Shown: positions 9,062 to 19,983, numbered from the stretch's first letter. The stretch: DNA of 64,000 bases from Thermoplasmata archaeon (GCA_028864975.1 JAGWLG010000004.1:64001-128000), one strand, 5' to 3'. Notes: generated by a model not told the origin, from the letters alone. Translations and numbers: made by a program.

Positions 9062-12000
9062 ATGTCGAACACGTCTCCGTCCGCTGGCGCAACCCCTGCG
9101 AAGTCGAGCTCTGGAGGATTGGGTCCCATGCTGGGGATCATCATCCTTGTCGTGGTCCTGGTCGTCGGCGGGATCGGTGCCTACGTGGCGCTCCCGAAGA
9201 CGTCCGGGGGCGCAGGGACCTCACCGAGCGGGACGACTCACAATACTCCTCCGCCTGCATGCACAGGGAACGGTTGTGCTCCGCCTCTCGCTCAGCCGAT
9301 CAGGCACGACGTGACCGTTACCTCGACCTTCGCCACCGCCCAGGCTGGAACACCTGTGACCTTCGGTGCGCTGCTCACCAGTGCCGCAGCCTCGACCTAC
9401 ACCTTCCACTTCGGGGATGGGAACTCCATCACCACCCACAGTTCCTCCGTCTCGTACACCTACGCCTCGCCAGGCTCGAACCTGGTCTACGTGCTCGTGA
9501 AGGACACCAGCGGTAACCTCCACGACAACGCGAACACCGGAGCCGGGGCGAACCTTCTGCCCTTCAACGTCTCCTTCTCGTACAATTCCTACAACGGCGA
9601 CCCTGTGGGCGACCACGTTCAGACCGCGGGGACCGTCGTCAGCTCCTCGTCCAACAACTCGGTGGCCCTCTCCGCCTACATCGCGGGCCCTCCGACCAAC
9701 ACCCTCACGGTCATCGGGTGGACCGCCTACAACGTCAGCGGCCCCTCCGCGAACGCCCTCTCTCTTGGCACCACCGGTGGCGATGGCATGTCCGCCCAGA
9801 CCCCGCTCACGGTGACAGCGACCGCGAAGGCCGGCGCGACCCCTGGGCTCTACAACGTGAATTTCAGCGCCGGGACTTATGTGCCGGGGACCTCGAACAC
9901 GGGGATCAGCGTCTTTTCGTTCGGCGTGTTTGTGAATGCCGCGGGTGCGACCTCCACCATCGGTGTCGGCTCGGGATGCACCAGCAACTGCGCGCCGATC
10001 CACCAGACCCCCCACCCAGCCTCTCCCCACCCCCGCTCCCTCGTGGTCTACGAGGAGACGGCGTCCGGGGCCTCGACGCTCGACCCCTCGGTCGACTACG
10101 AGTCGGTGGGAGCTGAGGTCATCGCCAACGTCTACGAGACCCTGATCGAGTACAACGGCTCGCACGCGACGCCCGACCCCTCGAGCTTCGTGCCCGAAGC
10201 CGCCACCTGCGTCCCGGGCAGCACGACCGGACCCTACAGCTGCATGACGATGTACGGCAGCAGCCTTATCGGTCCGACCGCGGGAGACTACACCTTCGTC
10301 ATCAACCCGAACGCAAAGTTCTACAACCCCTACACCGCGTCCTCGTATGCCGTCAGCCCGAGCGACGTCGTCTGGAGTGTAGCCCGCACGTGCCTGTTCG
10401 CTGACTACCCGTCGGCGTACGTCAACAATGGCTGGGTGCTCTGTCAGTCACTCCTCCCCTACGGGAGCTCGAAGTTCGACGCCGGGATGCACGCCCCCTG
10501 GGCCAGCACGCCGGCCAACATCCTGAGCTCGATGACGGTGAACGGCCCCGAGTGTCCGTTGGTCGGAGGGAGCCCCGCTGGCGCAGGCTGTGTGACGTTC
10601 CACACCGCCCTTGGCGGAGTTCCAGGCGTGTCCGCGTTCCCGTTCTTCCTGGAGCTGGTCGAGGACCCCCTCGGCGCGGCCATCCAGAGCTGCAGCTGGG
10701 AGCAGAGCCAGGGCTTCACCCTACCCGGGTGGACCTCCTGTTCCACGATCCCATCGGCGAGCAGCTACCCGCTCGGGACGGAGTGGGACGCCGCGGAGAT
10801 GCAGGGTGCCCAGAACAACTGGAACCAGAACATCGCGACCCAAATGGTCGGCAGCGGCCCGTACTACCTCCAGGCCTACTCTCCCGGCGGCGACTACGCC
10901 GTCAAGCTGAGCCCGGCCTGGACCGGGACCACCTGCCTGGGGGGCCACGCGAACGGCTGCGTCCCCAACGCCAACCAGATCGAGGCCACGCAAGCGAGCA
11001 TCACCTGGGAGAAGACCGCCACGCCGGGCGAGTCCGCCTATTCCCAGGGGACCGCGGACTTCGCGACCATCCCCAACACGGACACCTCGACGATGCTGAA
11101 CCTCATCGCGCAGGGGAAGATCGGGGCCTTCACGTCGCCCACGATGATCATCTTCTTCTCGTGGTTCAACTTCGCGACGGACGAGACGGCGGCGCAGTCG
11201 CTCACCACGACCACGCTCACGGCCCCATCGTACATGATGCAGGACCTGAACATGCGTCAGTTCCTGGTCCACGCGTTCCCCTACCAGACCCAGCAGTCGA
11301 CGCAGTGCGTCGTCCAGGGTGTCCCCTACTGTGAACTCTACGGCGGGGCGATTCCTAGGGGCGAGGGAAGCTTCTACCCCGGCAACATCAGCTGGCCCTC
11401 CGGTAACCCGTCGACCTCGACGGGGTCGCCGAACGACGCGGGCTACTGGTGGAGCGCGGTCCAGGCGGACAACTTGGACGGCCCCAAGTGTACGACCGCG
11501 AAGCCCTGTGTCTACGCCCAGATCCTGCCGCAGGGCGACCCGGGCGACCTGGCGATGTACAACGCCTGGGCGGGCTGGATCAACACGATCTCCAGCGGAG
11601 CGGTCAATATGGTGGTCATCCCGGTCACCTTCAGCAACGAGATCACCTTCCTCGGGCAGGCCCCGGGTACCGCGCCGTACCAGGGGGCGTTCCTGGGCTG
11701 GATCCCTGACTACCCCGACCCCTCGGACAACACAGCGCCGATGCTCTACCCCGATGCGAGCTACACGTATTCGAGCGGGTTCTGCGAAGGTATGACGGAC
11801 GGCACCAACTGTGCGCTCCCGTCGGTCGCTCAGCAGAACTACATGGGGGCGTGCACGGGTGGAACGCTCTCGTCGCCGACGCAGGTCTCGACCGCATGCC
11901 AGGGGACGGAGTACAACGAGATGGTCGCGCTCGCCCAGGCTGGCGACGCGTGCATCGCGCCCTGCCCGGTCTCCCAGCGCATCCTGGACTACAGCATGGC

Positions 12001-12160
12001 GGAGAACATCCAGAACCAGCTAGGTTTGTACGTCTACGACTTCCAGCAGGTCGGGACCAGCACCTACGCGCCCTGGATCAACCCGGCGGCGTTCACCCCG
12101 AACCCCGTCGAGCTGAGCCTCTGGTTCGGCACTGCCTACTACAACCAGCCGCTGCCGTAG
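9062..12160 (+). CDS. Peptide/oligopeptide ABC transporter substrate-binding protein (family 5) with N-terminal TM anchor and PKD domain
   Basis: TM MLGIIILVVVLVVGGIGAYVAL; PKD signature YTFHFGDG; TLDPSVDYE...ANVYETLI and MVGSGPY SBP family 5 motifs; opp permease/ATPase genes adjacent. Start ATG 9062 (the listed 8114 extension is antisense to rpe/lig). Confidence 0.88.
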   Translation: MSNTSPSAGATPAKSSSGGLGPMLGIIILVVVLVVGGIGAYVALPKTSGGAGTSPSGTTHNTPPPACTGNGCAPPLAQPIRHDVTVTSTFATAQAGTPVTFGALLTSAAASTYTFHFGDGNSITTHSSSVSYTYASPGSNLVYVLVKDTSGNLHDNANTGAGANLLPFNVSFSYNSYNGDPVGDHVQTAGTVVSSSSNNSVALSAYIAGPPTNTLTVIGWTAYNVSGPSANALSLGTTGGDGMSAQTPLTVTATAKAGATPGLYNVNFSAGTYVPGTSNTGISVFSFGVFVNAAGATSTIGVGSGCTSNCAPIHQTPHPASPHPRSLVVYEETASGASTLDPSVDYESVGAEVIANVYETLIEYNGSHATPDPSSFVPEAATCVPGSTTGPYSCMTMYGSSLIGPTAGDYTFVINPNAKFYNPYTASSYAVSPSDVVWSVARTCLFADYPSAYVNNGWVLCQSLLPYGSSKFDAGMHAPWASTPANILSSMTVNGPECPLVGGSPAGAGCVTFHTALGGVPGVSAFPFFLELVEDPLGAAIQSCSWEQSQGFTLPGWTSCSTIPSASSYPLGTEWDAAEMQGAQNNWNQNIATQMVGSGPYYLQAYSPGGDYAVKLSPAWTGTTCLGGHANGCVPNANQIEATQASITWEKTATPGESAYSQGTADFATIPNTDTSTMLNLIAQGKIGAFTSPTMIIFFSWFNFATDETAAQSLTTTTLTAPSYMMQDLNMRQFLVHAFPYQTQQSTQCVVQGVPYCELYGGAIPRGEGSFYPGNISWPSGNPSTSTGSPNDAGYWWSAVQADNLDGPKCTTAKPCVYAQILPQGDPGDLAMYNAWAGWINTISSGAVNMVVIPVTFSNEITFLGQAPGTAPYQGAFLGWIPDYPDPSDNTAPMLYPDASYTYSSGFCEGMTDGTNCALPSVAQQNYMGACTGGTLSSPTQVSTACQGTEYNEMVALAQAGDACIAPCPVSQRILDYSMAENIQNQLGLYVYDFQQVGTSTYAPWINPAAFTPNPVELSLWFGTAYYNQPLP

Positions 12161-12179
12161 GCCGAGAGCGACACCCACG

Positions 12180-12230
12180 GGAGGGGGGCACTTCGGTGCC
12201 CCCCTCCTGAACCTCTTCCTGCCTTCTCTT
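12180..12230 (+). terminator. Hairpin plus pyrimidine tract, putative intrinsic terminator
   Basis: Perfect 12-bp stem GGAGGGGGGCAC-TTCG-GTGCCCCCCTCC then acctcttcctgccttctctt, 19 nt after the SBP stop. Confidence 0.65.
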
Positions 12231-12346
12231 ATCGCTTCATCGTTCAGGAATCTTGAAGGGCTCCCGGAGCACGGCAAGGCTTGGGCGATCGACATCTCCC
12301 CGAACGGGACGGGGGGAAGTTCCCCCCTCTCTCCGGGGGGAGGAGG

Positions 12347-12784
12347 TCACAGGAACTCTTCCGCGGGTACGCTCGCCTCTCCCGTCGCGGGGACCCGCTC
12401 CAGCCACTCGTCCCGATCCGGTTGCAGCCGTCCTATCAGGAACGGACGCTTCCAGGAAGGGTGGAAGGGCCGACCCGCGCGTTGGGAGGGCGACGGCCGC
12501 GCCCAAAGGTAGGCGTAGGCCAGGAGGTTGCTGTAGACGATGGGAACGATGGCCGCGAGGGAGAGCCATCGGACCAGCGGGTCGGACGATTCGTCCAGGG
12601 CCACCAGTACGAAACCGTCCAGGACCAGAAGTCCTAGGACGACGTAGGGCTTGAGACCCGTGGTGAGGGCCCACACTTTCCAAGAGGAGCCCTCCTCCGC
12701 CACCGCGTGGGCCCGCTCCTCACCTTTGAGGTGGCGTGGGAGGACCCCGACAGGCCGATGCGACGAGCGACGGGAGGACGGCAT
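12347..12784 (-). CDS. Small hypothetical membrane protein
   Basis: Two hydrophobic segments (YVVLGLLVLDGFVLVAL; WLSLAAIVPIVYSNLLAYAYLW); fills the gap after oppF. Confidence 0.6.
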   Translation of the reverse strand: MPSSRRSSHRPVGVLPRHLKGEERAHAVAEEGSSWKVWALTTGLKPYVVLGLLVLDGFVLVALDESSDPLVRWLSLAAIVPIVYSNLLAYAYLWARPSPSQRAGRPFHPSWKRPFLIGRLQPDRDEWLERVPATGEASVPAEEFL

Positions 12785-12817
12785 CCTAGATGGTCGGTCT
12801 CCCGGACCGCTCCCCCA

Positions 12818-15067
12818 CTAGGGCGAACCGCTTCCGCCGGTGCTCTCCCGACGGAGCCGGGGCCGCGTCGATGAGGCCGGCGGTTCTTCCGGCGAGAGCG
12901 CGCTCTCGGAGAGCTTGCCCACCCTCCATGGCGGCGCAGGTTCCGGGGGTGGAGGGGGGGAGGCTCCCCGCAAGGGGAGAGATGGCGTGGCCTCCCTCGC
13001 TTCCTGACTCGGCAAGGGGGGCTCTGAGGGAAATCCCAGGTCGGCCGCAGGTGGAGGTGGGGGCGGAACTGACGGGGGAGGTGGCGGCTGAGAGCTTTGC
13101 AAGGCGTACGGGGACGCCTCAGGGGCTGGAACTCGGGGCGCAGGGTGCGTGTACGAGGCGAACGTGAACGGGCGGCGTGCTCCTGAGAGGGGAGGGGGTG
13201 GGGGTGGAGGTGACGCGGTCGCGGGTGGCGAGTTCGGAAGAACGGGGGCCCCCTGATCGGCGCCTTCCGTTCGCGAAGGAGGGGGGGCGGGAGGCGGAGT
13301 TCCTCCCAGTTCGCTCGAGATTGGCGAGGGGGTTGGTGGGGGGGAAGGGGAAGAGGACGAGTGCAGGGCGAACCTGCCCCGGGAGATGAGGGGACGTGAG
13401 GCCGGGGGCGGTGGGGATGGATCCGAGGCCGTCGGAGCGGAAGGAGGGGCAAGGGAGGAGGTCCCGGAGGGAAGGGGGGGAGACGGCGGTGCAGGCGGTG
13501 GGAGCGAGAAGGGGGCCGGAACTGGAGAGGATGGCGGGTCCTGGACTCGCGGGCCCGGTGGAGGAGGCGGTTCGGGTCCTTGGAGGCTGAACCCCTCTGG
13601 GGCCGCAACGAAGGGCACGGTCGGCGGGGAAGTCGGATCGGATGACGGTCCCGGTGGGCCATCGCGGTCCGTTCCGCCCCCCCCGGGGACGGAGGGGAGG
13701 TTCGGGGTCCCTCCTAACGACCCACCGGACGAAGAGGGCTCTTCAACGGCCGGACCCCCCGCCGGGATGCCGATGACCGCCGGAGATCTCGATCCCAGGA
13801 GCCCTAGCTCAGGGAATCCCTGCTCGGAGTAGAGATGGCAAGCGACCACATGGTCCGCCCTCCCGCCGACGGTCATGAGGGGAGGTTCGACCTTGGAGCA
13901 GACCTGCATCACCTTCGGACACCGGGTGTGGAACCGGCAGCCCGACGGGGGGGCCGCGGGGGAAGGAACGTCTCCCGAGAGGATGATCCGCTCGCGCTTG
14001 AGCGTGGGGTCCGGTATCGGGATCGCGGAGAGCAGCGCCTGGGTGTAGGGGTGGAGCGGGTGCTCGAAGAGCTCCTCGGTGGGGGCCCTTTCTACGACCT
14101 TCCCGAGATACATCACGACGACCCGGTGCGAGATCGCCCGGACGACGCTCAGGTGGTGAGAGATGAACAAGTAGGAGAGCCGCTGTTCCCGCTGCAACCG
14201 CAGGAGGATGTTCAGGATCTGGGCCTGGACGCTCACGTCGAGCGCGCTCGTGGGTTCGTCGAGCACGATGAAGTCGGGACGTAGTGCCAGCGCTCGGGCG
14301 ATACCGATCCTCTGGCGCTGCCCACCGGAGAACTCGTGCGGGAACCTCCAGACGTGCTCGGGGTTGAGCCCGACGGAGGCGAGGAGCTCCCCCACGCGCT
14401 GGTAGCGTTGCTTGCGGCTTCCCACGTGGTGGACCGCGAGGGGCTCCGAGACGATGTCCCGCACGAGCATCCGCGGGGACAGGGACGAGAAGGGGTCCTG
14501 GAAGACGATCTGCATCTTCCCGCGCATGCGTCGCATCTCGTGGCCGCCCTTCCGGTAGAGCGAGTACTGAGCCGCGAGCGCGTCGAGCTGCTTCAGGATC
14601 GGCTGGGCGGCAGGGATCGAGCGGAGCGCGGCTCCGCGGTCGACCACGCCGGGGGGGATGAGCTTCTCAAGACCGTCGTAGAGGGATTGGAGCCGTTGCT
14701 CGATGTCGGCGGGGAACGGTTTCTCCGGGTCGAAGTAGAAGGTGTGTCCCCGCGTGGGTTCGATCAGCCGCAGGAGCAAGCGACCCGCCGTGGTCTTGCC
14801 ACAGCCGCTCTCTCCGACGAGACCCACGGTCTCTCCTCGACGGATATCGAAGGTGATCCCGTCGACGGCCCGCACCTCGCCGACCCGCGTCGATAGGACC
14901 CCCCCGCGCAGCGGGAAGTGCTTCTGGATGTTCCAGGCGGAGAGCAGCAGCTCCTTGCCGGGCTCGGCCTTGCTCTGGACCGCCTCCAGGCCTTCCTCGG
15001 AACGGACCGAAGTCCGGGTCGTGTCACCAGGTGGGGGGGGCGGCGGAAGGACCATGGGCTCGCTCAT
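12818..15067 (-). CDS. oppF: Oligopeptide ABC transporter ATP-binding subunit with long Pro-rich C-terminal tail
   Basis: [58 protein letters not shown]. Confidence 0.9.
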   Translation of the reverse strand: MSEPMVLPPPPPPGDTTRTSVRSEEGLEAVQSKAEPGKELLLSAWNIQKHFPLRGGVLSTRVGEVRAVDGITFDIRRGETVGLVGESGCGKTTAGRLLLRLIEPTRGHTFYFDPEKPFPADIEQRLQSLYDGLEKLIPPGVVDRGAALRSIPAAQPILKQLDALAAQYSLYRKGGHEMRRMRGKMQIVFQDPFSSLSPRMLVRDIVSEPLAVHHVGSRKQRYQRVGELLASVGLNPEHVWRFPHEFSGGQRQRIGIARALALRPDFIVLDEPTSALDVSVQAQILNILLRLQREQRLSYLFISHHLSVVRAISHRVVVMYLGKVVERAPTEELFEHPLHPYTQALLSAIPIPDPTLKRERIILSGDVPSPAAPPSGCRFHTRCPKVMQVCSKVEPPLMTVGGRADHVVACHLYSEQGFPELGLLGSRSPAVIGIPAGGPAVEEPSSSGGSLGGTPNLPSVPGGGGTDRDGPPGPSSDPTSPPTVPFVAAPEGFSLQGPEPPPPPGPRVQDPPSSPVPAPFSLPPPAPPSPPLPSGTSSLAPPSAPTASDPSPPPPASRPLISRGRFALHSSSSPSPPPTPSPISSELGGTPPPAPPPSRTEGADQGAPVLPNSPPATASPPPPPPPLSGARRPFTFASYTHPAPRVPAPEASPYALQSSQPPPPPSVPPPPPPAADLGFPSEPPLPSQEAREATPSLPLRGASPPPPPEPAPPWRVGKLSESALSPEEPPASSTRPRLRRESTGGSGSP

Positions 15068-15074
15068 GGCCTCG

Positions 15075-16664
15075 CTAATATTCCTTCACCTCAGGTCCGT
15101 GGTAGAGCCAGCAGGCCACGACGTGGTCCGGCCCCTCGCCGGTCGTCGGAGGTCGGTCGGTCTTGCAGCGTTCCATCGCGTAGGCACATCTCGGATGGAA
15201 CCGACAACCACCGGGAGGGCGGATCAGGTTCGGTACGGACCCCGGGATGGATTCCAGTTTCTTCGTCGGGTCGTCCATACGGGGGATCGAGGCGAGCAGG
15301 CCCTGGGTGTACGGGTGCAGAGGTCGTGCGAAGAGGTCCTTCACCGGGCCTACCTCGACGATGTGCCCCGCGTACATGACGCAGACGCGGTCGCACACCT
15401 CGGCGACGACCCCGAGGTCGTGGGTGATGAGCAGGATCGAGGTCCCGATACGGCTCTTCAAGGAGTGCATCAGTTCCAGGATCTGTGCCTGGATGGTCAC
15501 GTCGAGCGCGGTCGTCGGCTCGTCGGCGATGAGCAGCTTCGGCTCCGGGGCGAGGGCCATCGCGATCATCACCCGTTGGATCATGCCCCCGGAGAGCTCG
15601 TGGGGATACCCCCGGGCCACCTGGACGCAGTTCGCGATACCGACGTCCTCCAGCATCCGCACGGTCTGCCAGAAGACCTCCTGGTCGAGCGGAGAACGGG
15701 CGATCCTCCGAAGGACCGGAAGGGAGAGCCAAGAGCCCTTCAACCGTTCGAGGAGCATCTGCACCCGGAGCACACGACGGAGGGGCGCCGTGCTCTCGCC
15801 CATCCTCATCTCGCGGTAGTAGAGATCCCTCTCGGCGGCGCGGAGCTCGGAGAGCTTCCTCTCCCGAAGGAGGTAGGCCCGCTGGAGCCCGGGGATCCTC
15901 AGACGGGAGAAGGCCTTCACGATCCCGCGCACACGGGCTTCGGGATTGCCCGTCTGCCCGCGGAAGAGGTAGAACAGCTCGAGGGCGATCGAGGGAACCC
16001 CGACCGCCTGGGCGATGTTCCTCGAGACCTCGCGGAGTCGGGGCTGTCCGGGCTCTCTGGCAGCGGCCAGGAGGTCTCGGGTCGCCTGCGTGACGTTCAC
16101 CCCTGCGGGGTTCGCGCCGAGAAGCAGGTCGATGGTCGGCGTTGCGCGATGGAGCAGAAGCGCCTCGGCCAACTGCTTCGTGATCGAGAAGACCGGGTTG
16201 AGGGCGGCCATCGGCTCCTGGAAGATCATCGTGATCTGGGAGCCCCGGATCGCCGACAGGCGCTGCTGTGACTCCTTGATCCGGGAGAACCGGCGACGGA
16301 CCCGGGCCCGGACGGTCCCTTTGATAGGACGGACCGACGCCTCTCGGTCGATCTTCCAGAGAAGGTTCGCTCCGGAGAAGAACACGTGCCCCGACTGCAC
16401 CCTTCCCGGAGGCTCCGCAATCAGCCGGGTGATGGAGAACGCCGTGACGGACTTCCCGCAACCCGTCTCCCCCACGAGCCCCACGGTCTCCCTCCGGCGT
16501 ACCGAGAAGGTGACCCCGTCCAGGGCGCGGACCACCCCGTCATAGGTGTAGAAGTACGTCTTGAGGTCCCGGACCACCAACAACGGAGGTTCCGAGGAGG
16601 GGGACGCAGGTACCCACGCGCTCCCGGAGGTCGAAGCGCCGGGGGCCTCCCCCGGGAGGAGCAC
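15075..16664 (-). CDS. oppD: Oligopeptide ABC transporter ATP-binding subunit with large insertions
   Basis: [55 protein letters not shown]. Confidence 0.9.
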   Translation of the reverse strand: MLLPGEAPGASTSGSAWVPASPSSEPPLLVVRDLKTYFYTYDGVVRALDGVTFSVRRRETVGLVGETGCGKSVTAFSITRLIAEPPGRVQSGHVFFSGANLLWKIDREASVRPIKGTVRARVRRRFSRIKESQQRLSAIRGSQITMIFQEPMAALNPVFSITKQLAEALLLHRATPTIDLLLGANPAGVNVTQATRDLLAAAREPGQPRLREVSRNIAQAVGVPSIALELFYLFRGQTGNPEARVRGIVKAFSRLRIPGLQRAYLLRERKLSELRAAERDLYYREMRMGESTAPLRRVLRVQMLLERLKGSWLSLPVLRRIARSPLDQEVFWQTVRMLEDVGIANCVQVARGYPHELSGGMIQRVMIAMALAPEPKLLIADEPTTALDVTIQAQILELMHSLKSRIGTSILLITHDLGVVAEVCDRVCVMYAGHIVEVGPVKDLFARPLHPYTQGLLASIPRMDDPTKKLESIPGSVPNLIRPPGGCRFHPRCAYAMERCKTDRPPTTGEGPDHVVACWLYHGPEVKEY

Positions 16665-16733
16665 AGGGGTCGTGCTGGGGCCATACTCCAGACCTGGGAG
16701 GAGGGGTCGTAGCTCGGATGCGCTCAGGTGGTC

Positions 16734-18467
16734 CTACCTCCTCAACCGAGGGTCGAGCGCGTCCCTCAGCCCGTCCGACAGGAAGTTCACGGCGATGCAG
16801 AACAAGAAGAGGGCGAGGCCCGGGAAGAGGTACTCCCACCATGGGAAAGGAGAGCCGCTGATGACCGTGGCATAGAACTCTCCCCCTCCCACTTCGTAGG
16901 AGGAGAGGATGCCCCACTCGGGGAACGGGGCCCCGGACGTGGTGGGAAATAGCAAGTTCGTGAACCCTAGGAACCCGATGTTCGCGAGCGCTAGGGGGAC
17001 GGTCCCCACGTCGAGGGAGAAGGAAACGAGCAAGGGGAAGATGCTGTTCGGAATGATGTGCTTCCTCAGCATCCAGCCGGACCCGGCGCCGCTCGCACGC
17101 GCGGCCTCCACGTACTTCTGCTCACGGGTCACGAGCACCTGTCCACGGATGATCCTCGTGTACGACGGCCACCACGTGATGATGAACGCCCCCATCAGGA
17201 ACGCGATCCGCACCCGTTGGTCATGCGGCAAGGAGTTCGGGCCCCCCGCGAACAGGGCCGCCAAGATGACCAGCACGAGGAAGAACGCGGGGATCGATAG
17301 GAACATGTCCGTGAGGCGCATCACCACTTCGTCCGCGATTCCCCCCTTGTATCCGGCGAAGGTTCCCAGGAGCAATCCTACGAGGGCGCCCGCCGAAACG
17401 ATGCCGGCCGAGATCGTCAGGTCCCACGGCGTGGCGCGGACCAAGCCGGTGTAAATGTCCACGTACGGCCCGTTGGGCGTGCTCTCCAATTGCAGGGACC
17501 CGAGCGGGACGGGGCCCGGATTGAACGGGTAGAGGGTCCACGTCGGGAGGATGAGATTCGGAGACCCTCGGAACTGGATGCCGGTGAGGGAGGCAGAGTA
17601 GGCCACGCAGTCACCCGGCGGGGAACTGCCCGCGGCCGCGTACGACGGATAGACGCACTGCCAGTCGTGCGTTGAGATGTCTGGCATGGTCGACGGGTTG
17701 TAGCTAGACCCGTCGAAGTAGGGGGTGTACGCTCGATACTCGGGTAGGGTCACGTAGTCGCCATTGCATCCGGGGGGAGTGCAGGCCCCAACCGACGGTG
17801 AGTAGGGGGCGAGGACGGGTGAAAGCAGCGCAACCACGGCATAGCCTAGGAGCAGCGCGAGCCCCAGCACGGCGAGCTTGCTCTGGAAGAAGAAGTAGAG
17901 GGTCCGTTTCATTTGGGCAAGTCGAGGGGCAGGTCGCCCTAGCGGGTCCCGCAGGATCAAGCCCAGGACAAGGAGCGCCGCCCCCAGAGCCGCCGCCCCG
18001 ACGGCCGCTCCCTCCTCCGCGAGAGCGCTCGGGGTCGCGGGGACCTGGACGTTGGCCCGCACCGGGTCGCTGGCGGAGACGACGTACCATATCCCGGACC
18101 GACCCTGGAACTCCCCATGGTTGGACGGCCCGTTCAGCGTCAGGAGCGCGCTTCCCGTCCCCTGCGCGCATCGGAGCGATTGTTCGCTCCACGGACACTG
18201 GAAGACCTGGACACTGGTCGAGGTGTTGCCGTACTCGTAGCTGAGCGTGAAACTCTGAGTGGCGTTCGGGCCGGGGGCCACGAAGGGCAGTCCCACGGGC
18301 GCGCTCGGGACGATCGAATAGGGTACGGGGGTGGTCGTGTTATAGCCGGGGAAGACCCCTCCCGAACCCACCAGCGTCGCGGAACCGGGGTTCACGATGA
18401 AGAGGAGCGCGCTGACCACGGCGGCCAGCCACAGGAGCATCCCCAGGTAGACGAAGAAGGCCCTCAT
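16734..18467 (-). CDS. oppC: Oligopeptide ABC transporter permease with extra N-terminal domain
   Basis: FQSKLAVLGLALL, MRLTDMFLSIP, YVEAARASGA, HIIPN, GDGLRDALDP-like end; ATG 18467 with GGAGG upstream. Confidence 0.88.
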   Translation of the reverse strand: MRAFFVYLGMLLWLAAVVSALLFIVNPGSATLVGSGGVFPGYNTTTPVPYSIVPSAPVGLPFVAPGPNATQSFTLSYEYGNTSTSVQVFQCPWSEQSLRCAQGTGSALLTLNGPSNHGEFQGRSGIWYVVSASDPVRANVQVPATPSALAEEGAAVGAAALGAALLVLGLILRDPLGRPAPRLAQMKRTLYFFFQSKLAVLGLALLLGYAVVALLSPVLAPYSPSVGACTPPGCNGDYVTLPEYRAYTPYFDGSSYNPSTMPDISTHDWQCVYPSYAAAGSSPPGDCVAYSASLTGIQFRGSPNLILPTWTLYPFNPGPVPLGSLQLESTPNGPYVDIYTGLVRATPWDLTISAGIVSAGALVGLLLGTFAGYKGGIADEVVMRLTDMFLSIPAFFLVLVILAALFAGGPNSLPHDQRVRIAFLMGAFIITWWPSYTRIIRGQVLVTREQKYVEAARASGAGSGWMLRKHIIPNSIFPLLVSFSLDVGTVPLALANIGFLGFTNLLFPTTSGAPFPEWGILSSYEVGGGEFYATVISGSPFPWWEYLFPGLALFLFCIAVNFLSDGLRDALDPRLRR

Positions 18468-18498
18468 GCGCTGCTCTTCCCTCCGGTGCGCTCTAGGC

Positions 18499-19782
18499 CT
18501 ACCCCAGCCGGACCCGAGGGTCCAAGATGCCGTAGACCACGTCCACGATGACGTTCGCGACCACAATGATGATCGTGAAGAGGACCGTGCTGGCGAAGAT
18601 CGTGCTAATGTCGGGAGGAGGTAGGACCGAGTAGGCGAACATCGAACCCACCCCAAAGAGGCCGAACAAGGTCTCGGTCACCGCGAAGCCCCCCAAGAAG
18701 GCGGCGAAGGTCAATCCGAGGATCGTCACCGTGACGTTGAGCGAGTTCCGGCCCGCGTGATGCTTGACCACCTGTCGTTCCGGTACCCCCTTGGCGCGGG
18801 CTGTCCGGATGAAATCCAGGTTCATCACCTCAAGCATCGAGTTGCGGACGAACCGAAGCAGGGTGGCCACAGATCCGTAAGCGATCGTGAGCGCAGGAAT
18901 GAGCAGGCGGAGGAAGTGGTCGCCGACCAGGTCCCAGTAGTAGTACTTTCCCCCGGGCATGCCGGGCGCGGGCGCGTGCGACGCGGCGAAGATGACCCCG
19001 TCCAACGTGGGTAACCCTGTAGGTTGTGTGCCCCAGAGAGGATTCGTAAAGTGGGGCTGTCCCGGCGGCATGAGGTTCGAGGTGCCGTTGGAGAAGTGCT
19101 GGTAGTAGCACTGGCTCAACGCCGGCGGCCAACTGCCGACGATCTGCTCGTACGCGCTGTTCTCGCAGGCGAAGGCGTTGTTCTGGTCGTAAGGGTTGGA
19201 GACGGTCAGGGCCGAGTAGAGCACCAGGATGATGAGCGCCCCTAGCAAGAAACTGGGAAGGGCGAAGCCACTGAAGGAGAAGACCCGTGTCCCTTGGTCC
19301 AAGGGTCGGTTCCGATGGACGGCGGACTTATTCCCGAGAGGGATGGCGATGGCCAGAATGAGCACGAGGGAGATGGCGGCGAGCTCGATGGTGTACGGAA
19401 GCCAGTTCGACACGAGGGTCATGACCGTACATCCCCCCTGTTGCTGCGAGATATTCATCGAAAAGCAGGGCTTCACCGGGGAGTTCGACGCCTGCACCAT
19501 CCCACTATCGTTCGAAACGTAGCCCCACTGACCTGTGAACGTGTGGTAGAGGTAGCGGCCGTACTGGACAGGGGGTGTCTGGTCCAGACCGCAGATGCGG
19601 AGCTCATTGGCGTATTGCGGGGTGCCCGGAGGAGGATACCCCCCTCTGGGAGGAGGGATGCAGGCCGCGATACGCTGACTGACGGGAACCGCAGAGATGA
19701 TGATGAACGTGATGGTGACGACCCCGATCAGGACGGGGATCATCAAGAGCAGGCGTCGAAGGAGGAAGACCCAGAGCTTCAC
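18499..19782 (-). CDS. oppB: Oligopeptide ABC transporter permease
   Basis: FLLRRLLLMIPVLIGV, DFIRTARAKGV, RNSL, ETLFGLFGVG, YGILDPRVR; GTG 19782 with GAGGT upstream. Confidence 0.9.
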   Translation of the reverse strand: MKLWVFLLRRLLLMIPVLIGVVTITFIIISAVPVSQRIAACIPPPRGGYPPPGTPQYANELRICGLDQTPPVQYGRYLYHTFTGQWGYVSNDSGMVQASNSPVKPCFSMNISQQQGGCTVMTLVSNWLPYTIELAAISLVLILAIAIPLGNKSAVHRNRPLDQGTRVFSFSGFALPSFLLGALIILVLYSALTVSNPYDQNNAFACENSAYEQIVGSWPPALSQCYYQHFSNGTSNLMPPGQPHFTNPLWGTQPTGLPTLDGVIFAASHAPAPGMPGGKYYYWDLVGDHFLRLLIPALTIAYGSVATLLRFVRNSMLEVMNLDFIRTARAKGVPERQVVKHHAGRNSLNVTVTILGLTFAAFLGGFAVTETLFGLFGVGSMFAYSVLPPPDISTIFASTVLFTIIIVVANVIVDVVYGILDPRVRLG

Positions 19783-19983
19783 GGTCGCACCTCGATCGGC
19801 CTCGGATGCCCTCGAACAGCCTCCAGGCTCTTCACCACCGTGCGAGACTTTCTCGAGGTATTTATGTATTGGCCACTTTGACCGAGAGAGGACGGTGTCG
19901 GGCCGACATTGCACCTCGAGATGGGCCTAACGGCGCTCGTTTCAAGTGCGGTCCCGCAGACCCGCACCAAGGACTCCCGGCTC

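Noticed and set aside
14520-16360. Inteins in OppD/OppF
   Set aside because: The inserts lack N-terminal Cys/Ser and C-terminal His-Asn splice motifs and any LAGLIDADG signature.
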